Positions 48,787 to 57,535 of a stretch of 64,000 bases of DNA are shown piece after piece; within the stretch, counting starts at the first letter, position 1, and each line of letters opens with the position of its first letter. Under the pieces are notes generated by a model. It was given only the letters and a program-made list of their open reading frames with translations, had not been told where the DNA came from and ran no database searches. Origin of the DNA: an uncultured Planctomycetota bacterium (GTDB taxonomy: Bacteria > Planctomycetota > PLA2 > JAEUHO01); contig CAVVXN010000005.1 in the NCBI GenBank assembly GCA_963752285.1, forward strand, positions 1,152,001-1,216,000. The letters are read 5' to 3'. The translations under genes were made by a program, and so were the position numbers.

Positions 48787-49760
48787 GGATGGGATTCCTC
48801 CGCCGCCTGGAGGCCGAGGGAGACCTCGGGCCGGACGAGGGTCGAGGCGGCGGTCACGCTGAGCTGTACGACACCGTCGAGCGGCGAGCCTTTCGGAGGC
48901 TGCTTGATGTCCACGGCGCTGAGCGGGACCGGTCGCGTGGGGTCGGTGAGTCGCGCGAGGATCGGCGCGACGGAGGCCGCGTCGCCCTTGATCGACATCG
49001 TGAAGGGCCACGTCCGGAGGAACGTGTCGGTGGACTCGACGGCCGGACGCGGGTCGATGCGCACCTCCTCGATGGAGCGCGCGCCGGACCGGATCGCGAG
49101 GTCCGCGAGCTCGGAGACGAGCGCCAGGTTGAGGAGCCGCTGCGGGAGATTCGGCCGGGTCACCGAGCTCACGCTGGAGAAGCCGAGGTAGTCGGGCTTG
49201 ATCTCCACGTCCGCGCGGTTCGCGCGGACCTTCATCTCCGACCACACGGCGCCGAGCAGCAGGGTGAACCCCACGTTCGGGTCGCCGGTGCGGAGCGAGG
49301 TGAGGAGATCGGCGCGCGCCTGCTCGTACCGGTGGACCGCCTGCGCGGCCGCCACGGCGTCGCCCTCGAACGCGGCCAGCACGGCCGGCGCACCCTCCCC
49401 GTCGGGCTTCGCGACCGCCTGGCGGATGGCGTCCGGAGACTGGCCCCTCAGGATCGCCGCGGTGAGGCAGGTCGTCACGGCCGAATCGAGCTCGTCCTGG
49501 CCGCCCGCCTGGTCGAGACGGCTCGCCCAGTCCGTCACGCGCTTGCGGAGGTCCTCCACGTTCTGCGGGACGTTGCGCTCTTCGTCGCGCGACGGCTCCA
49601 CGAGGTCCTCCACGATCCGCTTGTTGCCGACGACGGCCTTCGCGAGCACGTCGGGGTCCTCCGTCATCACGTGGACCACGATCAGCCCGACCAGGAAGGC
49701 CCCGAGGCCCACCAGGATGGGGATCCAGAACGACCGATATCTCTGCCAGAGCTCGTCCAC
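48783..49760 (-). CDS. PilO/GspM-like alignment protein
   Basis: N-terminal TM, coiled coil, C-terminal FTMSIKGD...ILARL...VQLSVTA; position after pilMN. Confidence 0.65.
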   Translation of the reverse strand: MDELWQRYRSFWIPILVGLGAFLVGLIVVHVMTEDPDVLAKAVVGNKRIVEDLVEPSRDEERNVPQNVEDLRKRVTDWASRLDQAGGQDELDSAVTTCLTAAILRGQSPDAIRQAVAKPDGEGAPAVLAAFEGDAVAAAQAVHRYEQARADLLTSLRTGDPNVGFTLLLGAVWSEMKVRANRADVEIKPDYLGFSSVSSVTRPNLPQRLLNLALVSELADLAIRSGARSIEEVRIDPRPAVESTDTFLRTWPFTMSIKGDAASVAPILARLTDPTRPVPLSAVDIKQPPKGSPLDGVVQLSVTAASTLVRPEVSLGLQAAEESHP

Positions 49761-49861
49761 GGCTCAGCTCCCGAGGTCGAGAGGCCCCGCCGTCGGCCCG
49801 GAGCCGGCGGGGGTCCTCGGACCGCCCGAGGGGTTCACGGAACGTGCGCGCGAGGCGGGGG

Positions 49862-51829
49862 TCACCGGGAGCCTCCCGCGGCGTTCCCGGACGTTCCACC
49901 GGTCGCGCCGCCCGCGGGGTTCGCGCCCGCCGCACGCTCCTTCAGCTGCTTCTCGAGGTCCCGCCGCTGCCGGCGCTCGATCCTGTCGAGGAGGATCTTC
50001 GTGCGGACGCCGTCCGACCGCCGGCCGAAGACGGCCGTCGGCGACTCCGCGTCGTCCAGGGCGAGGTCCGCGAGCACGATCGAGCCCGCGTCGCCTCCGC
50101 GGGGGTCGGCGGACACGAGGTGGATCTCGACCCCGGGCCGGAACAGGAGCTCGAACGAGCCGTCCTGGTCGCGGCCTCCCTTGCGGAAGATCTTCTCGGT
50201 CTCGACCAGGAGCCCCTGCCCGTTCGACTGGCAACGCTGCACGAAGTCCTGGAACACCGCCTCCGCGCGCTGGCTCGCGGCGACACGGCCGGTGACGAGG
50301 ATGCTCGGCTCGAGGGCGGGGTACTTCGTCTTCCGGCCCACGCTCTGGTACCCCGAACCGTTCTGGCTCCCCTTGGGCCGGTAGTACGTGATGTCCTGGG
50401 AGCTCTCCCCCACCTTGAGCTGGACCTCCTGCAGGTACACGTCCTTCGTGGACTCGAGGTTCTTCTGGAGCACCGCCAGCGTCTTCCCGAGGAGGGCGCC
50501 CGGCGCGGCGAGGTCGGCCAGCGCGGCGTGCTTGACCTCGAGGTCCTGCATGGTCTCGAGCGCGTGGCGGAAGCGTCCGTCCTTGTCCTTGGCCTCGTTC
50601 TTCGCCCGCTCCAGGTGGGTCAGCGTGGCGTGCGCGGTCTCCGCCGCGGAGGAGCGACCCACGTAGAGGACGCCGAGGATGCCGGCGGCCACCACGGCCG
50701 CGCCCGCGGCCCAGATGCCCTTCTCGACGAAGTCCCGACGAGTGCGGAGCGACTTCGGGAGCACGGCGATCGGGAACGCCTCGTCGGCCATGTACGCCTG
50801 CGCGAGGCCCACCGGGACCGCGAACTCGTGCGGCGCCCGCTCGAGCATCGTGCGTTCCTCGTCGGACAGCCCCGACAGGTCGCTGATCGCGAACGGGTTC
50901 ATGCGCTCCACGGGCACGCCCATCGCCTGCTTCAGGTAGAGGTCCAGCCCCTTCAGCGACGCGCCGCCGCCGGCGAGGAGCACCCGGTCCACGCGCAGGT
51001 CGGGGAGCTTCGTCTGCGCCCGCGCGATCATCAGCGTGGACTGGATCAGCGAGGCGAGCTGCCCCGCCACCCCGAGGATCGCGTTCGCGACCTTCTCGGC
51101 GGTGGCGTCGGGGTACCGCGCCTGGCCGCGCGGCGTCACGTCGGCCTTCGCGATCTTCATCTGCTCGGCCTTCCCGAAGGAAGTCGCGAACGCCTGCTGG
51201 ATGGCCTCCGTGAACACCTTCCCGCCGGGCGTCGCGTTCCGGGCGAACAGGAGCTGGCCGCCGCGCTGCAGCGCGAGGTCCAGGTCCTCCGCGCCCACGT
51301 TGACGAGGAGGGTCGTCTCGTCCTCGCGGTAGGTGGCGTTCACCGCGAACGCGTTGAAGAGCGCGATGCTGTTCGGGCACGCGCCGGCGGTGGGGACGCC
51401 GCCCGCCTGGAGCGCCTGGATCTGGCGGTCGAGGTACGTGTTCCGCGCGAGGGCGACCAGGATCGTCTCCTCGCCGCGCGTCCCCTCGGGGTCCGGGAGG
51501 TCGAGCTTGCGGTAGTCGGCGGAGACGTGTCCGCCCGACTGGCTCCCGACCTCGTCCACCTCGTACTTCATCAGGGTGCGCAGGCGCCACTCGGGGACCG
51601 GCGGTACCTGGCTGTACCGGATGATCACGTCGCGGCCCGTGAGGCCGACCGACGCGCCGGCGCCCTTGAAGCCGCGGGCGGCGAGCGCACGGCCCGCGAC
51701 GGGACGCGTCTCGTCGTTCAGGCGGTCCACGAAGGCGCGCTGGACGACGTAGCCCTGGCCCTTCGCGCGCATCTTCACCGCGCGGAGCGAATGGCTGCCG
51801 ATCGTGACGCCGAGGCCGACTCTCGCCAT
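49862..51829 (-). CDS. pilM: PilM (actin-like) fused to a PilN-like TM/periplasmic region
   Basis: GVTIGSHSLRAV, LLVNVGA, GGKVFTEAI, LLAGGGASLKGL, VPVGLA; then IAVLP, a TM, a coiled coil and VYLQEV. Confidence 0.8.
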   Translation of the reverse strand: MARVGLGVTIGSHSLRAVKMRAKGQGYVVQRAFVDRLNDETRPVAGRALAARGFKGAGASVGLTGRDVIIRYSQVPPVPEWRLRTLMKYEVDEVGSQSGGHVSADYRKLDLPDPEGTRGEETILVALARNTYLDRQIQALQAGGVPTAGACPNSIALFNAFAVNATYREDETTLLVNVGAEDLDLALQRGGQLLFARNATPGGKVFTEAIQQAFATSFGKAEQMKIAKADVTPRGQARYPDATAEKVANAILGVAGQLASLIQSTLMIARAQTKLPDLRVDRVLLAGGGASLKGLDLYLKQAMGVPVERMNPFAISDLSGLSDEERTMLERAPHEFAVPVGLAQAYMADEAFPIAVLPKSLRTRRDFVEKGIWAAGAAVVAAGILGVLYVGRSSAAETAHATLTHLERAKNEAKDKDGRFRHALETMQDLEVKHAALADLAAPGALLGKTLAVLQKNLESTKDVYLQEVQLKVGESSQDITYYRPKGSQNGSGYQSVGRKTKYPALEPSILVTGRVAASQRAEAVFQDFVQRCQSNGQGLLVETEKIFRKGGRDQDGSFELLFRPGVEIHLVSADPRGGDAGSIVLADLALDDAESPTAVFGRRSDGVRTKILLDRIERRQRRDLEKQLKERAAGANPAGGATGGTSGNAAGGSR

Positions 51830-51915
51830 GGGCGCTCTCTCTCATCTCGGGGCGCCGCGGCTCGGAGCCGGGCGCCGGGTGGGTAGGGGGTTCGTTTCCT
51901 GGCTCGGGCGGACGT

Positions 51916-54426
51916 TCACGGTTTGGGGGGAAGCGCGGCCTGGACCTCGGGCGTCGCCTCGAGCTTGTCCAGCTTCTGCTTCACGTCGGCCAGGCGCTTC
52001 GCGAGGTCCGGCGAGGACGCCGCGAGGTCCTGGTACCGCGCGAGGAGGGCCCGCGCGTAGACCGCCGCGACGGGACGGTACGCCACCTCCTCGCCGAGCA
52101 GGTCCACGAGGCGCTCGAGCCGGTCGAGCACGGGCGTCGCCCGGTCGAGCTCCCACGCGGTCTCCGCCTGCCCGACCTGGTCGGTGAACTCCTGGACGCG
52201 CTTGACGAGCGGCCGGTCGGCGGGGTCCGGTCCCCCGAGGAAGCGCTCGGTGAAGCGCTTCGCGCGCGCCTTCACGTCGGCCAGGGAGTCGGCGGAGCCG
52301 TACACGCGGAACCGCGCGAGGGAGGCCTCGCCCTCGGTCAGCTCGTCGCGCACCTTGCCCTCGAGCTCGCCCGCGATCTGGATGGCCTGGTCGCGGACCT
52401 CGGGGTTGAACGGGTTGGCCTGGGCGATCCGGCGGAGCTGGTCGAGGGCCTCGGCCGGGCGCCGGTCCCGCAGGAGCTTCGCCGCCTCGAGCTCCTTCCT
52501 CGCGACGTCGCGCTGCGAGGAGAAGTCGGTGGTGAGCGACAGGTCGCCGGAGGCGCCCGGGAGCCACGTGCGGACGACGAGGAGGGCGTCTTGGCCGTCC
52601 GGCGCGAGGAGCTCGAGCGTGGCCGACGACTGGTCGTCGGTCGTGGCGATCTGGACCAGGGTCGAGGGCTTCCCCGGGCCCTCGTCCGCCTCCCCGATCA
52701 GCGACCGCTGCACCTTTTCGAGGTGCTGGCCGGCCTCCGCCGGGAAGCGCTGGGGGACGAAGTCGCCGAGCGCGCTCACCGCGCCGCCCGTGTACGCCTC
52801 GGGCATCATCGCGTCGAGCCCGACGGCCGAGGCGCCCTCCACCTCGACGTGGGCGACCAGGCCCTCCTTCGCACGCGTCCAGGTGAGCTTCGCCGGCGCG
52901 CCGTCCTTCTCGCTGGCGGTTCCGAGCGTGCCCTCGACGCGGATGGTGCCGCCGTCCAACGCCACCGCGCCGCTCGGGACGAAGCGGTCGAGGATCGTGC
53001 CGTCGGCGGTCTTCGCGATCGGCGCCACGCCGGTCAGGAGGACCCGGCGGCCGGCCTGCAGGTCCATCCGGCCGGCCGTGTCCACGAACGCCTTCTTGAA
53101 CACCGGGACGTCCAGCGCGACCGCCTCGTGGCCCGCGGCGCGCTCGACGCGGACGTCGTCCACGCTGATGCGGGCGCCGGGCGCGAGGAGCACGCCGATC
53201 CGCGCGATCCGCGCCCACGCGGGCGGCGCGAGCGTCGCGTGGACGGGCGTCCAGGAGGTGCCCGGGGCGAGGATCGTGTCGGTCCGCGTGAGGGGGGTCA
53301 CGAGGCCGGTCCGCTCGTCGGACGACGGGTTCGAGTCCCAGACCACGACCAGGCGCGCGTCGGCGTCGCCGCTCTTCCGGGCCTTCGCCTCGATCGAGAG
53401 GGGGAGCTCCGGCGTCGCGTCGATCGGGGTGTCGTACGCGACGAGCGACGGCCCCTGGACCTGGTCGCTCACGGAGACGACGAGCCCCGTGCTCTTGTGG
53501 TCGCCCGCGCCCGCGCGGGCCGCGACGTCCACGCGCTCGGGGTCGTCGGTGGACCACGCGAGACCGCCGCCCTCGAAGTCGCCGTTGTCGAGGAGGCCGC
53601 CCGCCCCCGCGACCTGCTCGGAGGTGCCGCCGCCCTCGCGCTGGCTCAGGAGATAGCCCCCGGCCCCGGCGGCGAGGAACAGGACCAGGACGAGCAGGGG
53701 TCCCGCGCGGGAGCCCGGGGCGCGGGCGAGGTCGATCTCGCCCATCATCCCCCACCCCTCGTCCTCCTCGAACTGCGCCAGCTCCACCTCGACGTCCTTC
53801 ATCGAGGGGTCCTTGAACACGAACCGGCTGTTGCCCACCCGGAGACGGGTGCCGTGGGTCAGGAGGGCCTCGCTCACGAGCTCGCCGTTCACCAGCGTCC
53901 CGTTCGTCGAGCCGAGGTCCTTGACCGTGTAGCCGTTCATGTCCCGGTCGATCTCGCAGTGGTGGCCGGAGGCCATCCGGTCGTCGATCACCAGCACGTT
54001 GGTCTCGCGGCGGCCGATCGTGACGCGCCGCTCGGAGAGCATGACCTTCTCGCCGCGCCGGTCCTTGTTGGCCCACTCGAGGTAGCAGACCCCCTCCTTC
54101 TCCGCCTGGGCCGCGCGCCCGGCCTCGTCGGGGTCCTCGAACTTGAGGCGGGCGTGGCCGACCTCGACCACGTCGCCGTCCCCGAGCGCCCGGCGCGTGA
54201 TCGGGGCGCCGGCGACCCGGGTCTTGTTCGTGGAGCCGAGGTCCACGACCTCCCAGCCCCCGCCCCCGCTGTCGCGAGGTCCGATGCGGCAGTGCCGCCG
54301 CGACGCCTGGTTGTCGTCCGGCAGGGGGACGCGGTTCGTCGGATCCCGCCCGACCGTTACGACCTGGCCGGGTTCGAGCTCCACGACCTCCTCGCCGTGC
54401 GGGGTGGTGACCACGAGTCGTGCCAT
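51916..54426 (-). CDS. Double-FHA-domain membrane protein with periplasmic CBM-like and helical domains
   Basis: FHA1 GR...SRRHC...DLGSTN; FHA2 GR...SGHHC...DLGSTNGT; TM LLVLVLFLAAGAGGYLL; LLDNGDFE. Confidence 0.85.
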   Translation of the reverse strand: MARLVVTTPHGEEVVELEPGQVVTVGRDPTNRVPLPDDNQASRRHCRIGPRDSGGGGWEVVDLGSTNKTRVAGAPITRRALGDGDVVEVGHARLKFEDPDEAGRAAQAEKEGVCYLEWANKDRRGEKVMLSERRVTIGRRETNVLVIDDRMASGHHCEIDRDMNGYTVKDLGSTNGTLVNGELVSEALLTHGTRLRVGNSRFVFKDPSMKDVEVELAQFEEDEGWGMMGEIDLARAPGSRAGPLLVLVLFLAAGAGGYLLSQREGGGTSEQVAGAGGLLDNGDFEGGGLAWSTDDPERVDVAARAGAGDHKSTGLVVSVSDQVQGPSLVAYDTPIDATPELPLSIEAKARKSGDADARLVVVWDSNPSSDERTGLVTPLTRTDTILAPGTSWTPVHATLAPPAWARIARIGVLLAPGARISVDDVRVERAAGHEAVALDVPVFKKAFVDTAGRMDLQAGRRVLLTGVAPIAKTADGTILDRFVPSGAVALDGGTIRVEGTLGTASEKDGAPAKLTWTRAKEGLVAHVEVEGASAVGLDAMMPEAYTGGAVSALGDFVPQRFPAEAGQHLEKVQRSLIGEADEGPGKPSTLVQIATTDDQSSATLELLAPDGQDALLVVRTWLPGASGDLSLTTDFSSQRDVARKELEAAKLLRDRRPAEALDQLRRIAQANPFNPEVRDQAIQIAGELEGKVRDELTEGEASLARFRVYGSADSLADVKARAKRFTERFLGGPDPADRPLVKRVQEFTDQVGQAETAWELDRATPVLDRLERLVDLLGEEVAYRPVAAVYARALLARYQDLAASSPDLAKRLADVKQKLDKLEATPEVQAALPPKP

Positions 54427-54514
54427 GTGACGATCGCCCTCCGTCGCGCTTCACCCGCGGGTCATACGCCGAGCCATCGAGGACGCGACACCCTAACGGG
54501 GGCGTCTCGCACCC

Positions 54515-54530
54515 TGCAACGCGTATTCCA
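54515..54530 (-). promoter_or_regulatory. Sigma-54 (-24/-12) promoter heading the FHA-pil operon
   Basis: Minus strand TGGAATACGCGTTGCA gives TGG-N10-GC with TTGCA at -12; about 90 nt upstream of the ATG at 54426. Confidence 0.7.
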
Positions 54531-54663
54531 GCGCGGGCCGCCCGTGTCGCGACGGCGCGCCGACGGGGTTCTCGATCCGGGACGTCGCCCGGCGGCCCCG
54601 CGAAGTCGCGGCGGGCCGCCCGGCGACGCCGCCGGGACGAGGTGATGGGGCTTCGCAGGATGC

Positions 54664-54742
54664 GGTAACGAGGTTGCCAGTTGGCGACCTGCGGAGCCCC
54701 GCGCCGGGCCCCGTCCCGCGACCGCGGTGCTAACGCGGTTGC
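54664..54742. promoter_or_regulatory. Candidate upstream activator sequences
   Basis: GGTAAC-N3-GTTGCC and GGTTGCCA-GT-TGGCGACC near-palindromes; TAACGnGGTTGC repeated at 54666 and 54731. Confidence 0.4.
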
Positions 54743-56703
54743 TCCGCGTCCAGGCCGTAGCGCTCCAGCTTCTTGCGGAGCCCCAGACGCGAGAGGCCGA
54801 GCTCGGCCGCGGCCCGGCTCTTGTTCCAGTCGTGGCGGAGGAGGGCGCCACGGAGGACGCGGCGCTCGAGGTCCTCCACGAGCCCCTTCAGGCCGTTCGT
54901 CGGCGCTCGGTCCGGGTCGGGCGCGTGCCAGCTCATGATGCGCCCGCTCACGTGCTCGGGACGGATCTCCCCGCCCACCCCGAGCGCGACCAGCCGCTGG
55001 ATCTCGTTCCGCAGCTCACGCACGTTGCCGGGCCACCCGTAGGCCTGGAGGAGCTCCATCGCCGCCGGGTCCACCCGGAGGTCCTTGTCGTCGCCGCCGA
55101 CCTCCTTGAGGAAGTGGGCGACCAGGGGCGGCACGTCCTCCTTCCGGTCGCGGAGCGGGGGGAGCTCGATCACGACGCCGGCGATCCGGTAGTAGAGGTC
55201 CTCCCGGAAGGCGCCCGAGCGGAGCAGGTCCGAGAGGTCCCGGTTCGTGGCGGTCACGAGGCGGACGTCCACCGGGATCGGGCGCTTGCCCCCGAGGCGG
55301 CGGACCTCCCCCTCCTCCAGAACGCGGAGGAACTTCTTCTGGAGCTCCGTCGTGAGCTCCCCCACCTCGTCGAGGAAGAGCGTGCCCTCGTGGGCCTGCT
55401 CGAAGAGGCCGGCGTGGTCGCGGGTGGCGCCCGTGAACGCGCCGCGCTCGTAGCCGAAGAACTCGCTCTCCATCAGGTTCGTCGGGATGGCGCCGCAGTT
55501 CTCCGTGATGAACCGCGCCCGGCGTCGCGGGCCGTTGAAGTGGATCGCCCGCGCGATCAGCTCCTTGCCGGTCCCGGACTCGCCCATCACGAGCACCGGG
55601 ATCTTCAGGTCCGTCACGCGGTCCACGAGCCGGAGCACGCGCTGCATGCCCGCGCTCCGGCCCACGATCCGCGCGTAGTCGTACCTCAGGCCCAGCTCGT
55701 CGGCCTGCTTCGCCAGCTCCTCGCGCGCGCGGCGCAGGGCGTTCGTTCGGACCCGGAGCGCGCGGCGCAGCCTCTCGTTCAGGCGCTCGATCCGGCGCGA
55801 CTGCCGGACCGCCTCGCGCCGCCGGAGCGCCATCTCCCGGCGCTGGCGGGCGTTGCGGATCGCGATCGCCGCGAGCGAGGCGAAGCCCTCGAGGATGCGC
55901 ACGTCGAAGCCGTCGAACGTGCCGCTCTCGATCGAGTTGTCGAGGTAGATCGCGCCGAACACGCCCTCCTCGCCCCGCATCGGCACGCACACGAGAGAAC
56001 GGAGCTGGAGGTTCGCGACGCTCGCCGCGCCCTCGAACCGCTCGTCCATCTGGGCGTTCTCGGCCAGGACGCTCTCGCTCTGCTCGATCACGCGTCGCGC
56101 GACGCTCACCGAGTACGACACGTCGGAGGTGGCGAGGTCGCGGCGCTCGGGCAGCCGCGCGCGGCGCACCGTGTAGTGGTCCTCCTGCTTCAGGAGGAGG
56201 AATCCGCGGCTCGCCCCGGTGAGCTCGATCGCGGCGTCGAGGATGCCGCCGAGCAGTCGATCCTCGTCGCGCAGGCCGCTGATCTTCTCGTTCAGCTCCA
56301 TCAGGTGCGTCAGCGCGCGGATCTCGCGCCGGCGCTCGCTCGTGCCGCGGCGCGGCCGCGAGCGCGGCGTGGGCACGATCGTCTGCGAGCCCGGCTCGTT
56401 CTCGGGCACGTGGCACACGGCGATGTGCGTCTCGCCGAGCTCGACCTGGTCGCCGTCCTCGATGCGCTCGTCGAGCACGAGCGCGCCGTTCACGAACGTG
56501 CCGTTCCGCGACCCGAGGTCGGTGATGCGCCACCCGTCCGGGCCGAAGTACACGCGGCAGTGGCGACGGGAGAGGGTGCGGTCCTGGAGCGGCACCTCCG
56601 CGGCCGGGTCGCGCCCGATGACCACGCCCCCCTCCTGGAGGTCGTACACGCGCTCGGGGTGGCCGGGGCTCTTCACGAAGAGTCGGATCGGAGGCGCCGG
56701 CAT
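54730..56703 (-). CDS. FHA-GAF-AAA+-HTH sigma-54 enhancer-binding protein
   Basis: FHA GR...SRRHC...DLGSRNGT; GAF LRSLVCVP...AIYLD; GESGTGKE, GAFTGA, WPGNVREL, HTH; start uncertain (56703-56775). Confidence 0.92.
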   Translation of the reverse strand: MPAPPIRLFVKSPGHPERVYDLQEGGVVIGRDPAAEVPLQDRTLSRRHCRVYFGPDGWRITDLGSRNGTFVNGALVLDERIEDGDQVELGETHIAVCHVPENEPGSQTIVPTPRSRPRRGTSERRREIRALTHLMELNEKISGLRDEDRLLGGILDAAIELTGASRGFLLLKQEDHYTVRRARLPERRDLATSDVSYSVSVARRVIEQSESVLAENAQMDERFEGAASVANLQLRSLVCVPMRGEEGVFGAIYLDNSIESGTFDGFDVRILEGFASLAAIAIRNARQRREMALRRREAVRQSRRIERLNERLRRALRVRTNALRRAREELAKQADELGLRYDYARIVGRSAGMQRVLRLVDRVTDLKIPVLVMGESGTGKELIARAIHFNGPRRRARFITENCGAIPTNLMESEFFGYERGAFTGATRDHAGLFEQAHEGTLFLDEVGELTTELQKKFLRVLEEGEVRRLGGKRPIPVDVRLVTATNRDLSDLLRSGAFREDLYYRIAGVVIELPPLRDRKEDVPPLVAHFLKEVGGDDKDLRVDPAAMELLQAYGWPGNVRELRNEIQRLVALGVGGEIRPEHVSGRIMSWHAPDPDRAPTNGLKGLVEDLERRVLRGALLRHDWNKSRAAAELGLSRLGLRKKLERYGLDAEQPR

Positions 56704-56788
56704 GGCCTCTCGCATGCAAACCGCGCTCCGAGGCGGAGCGTGCTCCGGCGGGCACGAAACGGGCCTCGCCGTCACCGGATCGTCATGC

Positions 56789-57535
56789 TCACGACGCCGC
56801 GACGGCGAGCACCGCCGCGGCGGCGATCGCCGCGGTGTCCGTCCGGAGCGCGGTCGCTCCGAGGCGCGCCCGCCGGGCGCCCGCGGCCCGCGCGCCCTCC
56901 ACCTCGGCGTCGCTGAACCCGCCCTCGGGCCCGACCAGCACGATCGGGAGCGGACCCGCGGGCGGGAGGAGCGCCGGGAGCGGCGGGAGCGCCGCGTCGG
57001 GGTCGAGGACGACCGCGTCGGACGCCCGCGCGCTAACGAGGTCCGGGAAGCGGCGGGGCTCCAGCACTTCGAGGAACCGGCTCCGGCCGTTCACCTTCGC
57101 GGCCTCGCGCACGAGCCGGTCGAAGCGCGGACCGCGCCGGCGGACGCCCTCGCCGCGCCCGGCGGGCGTCCGCTCGGCGAGCAGCCAGACCAGGCGCCGG
57201 GCACCGAGCTCCGCCAGCGCGAGGACCACGTCGTCGGCGCGCGTGCCGTCCGGGGGGGAGACGGCGAGGTCGAACGCGCGCGCGGGCTCCCGATCGGGCT
57301 GCGGTCCCTCCACGAGGACGCGCGCCTCCGCGGGGTCCGCGCGGACGAGACGTCCGAGCGCGCTCCCACCGCGGCCGTCGAAGAGAGCCACCGGCGCGCC
57401 CTCCCGGAGACGCCGCGAGCGGACGAGATGGGCCGACTCCGCGGGTGCGAGGACGGCCTCCGCCCCCGGCGGCGGGATCTCGGGGAGCCAGGCGCGCTCC
57501 GGCCCGGGTCCGCGGCCCGCGCCCGCCGTCGCCAT
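56789..57535 (-). CDS. rsmE: 16S rRNA (uracil1498-N3)-methyltransferase
   Basis: HLVRSRRL, LAELG, VGPEGGFS..E, LG...LRTDTAA. Confidence 0.88.
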   Translation of the reverse strand: MATAGAGRGPGPERAWLPEIPPPGAEAVLAPAESAHLVRSRRLREGAPVALFDGRGGSALGRLVRADPAEARVLVEGPQPDREPARAFDLAVSPPDGTRADDVVLALAELGARRLVWLLAERTPAGRGEGVRRRGPRFDRLVREAAKVNGRSRFLEVLEPRRFPDLVSARASDAVVLDPDAALPPLPALLPPAGPLPIVLVGPEGGFSDAEVEGARAAGARRARLGATALRTDTAAIAAAAVLAVAAS

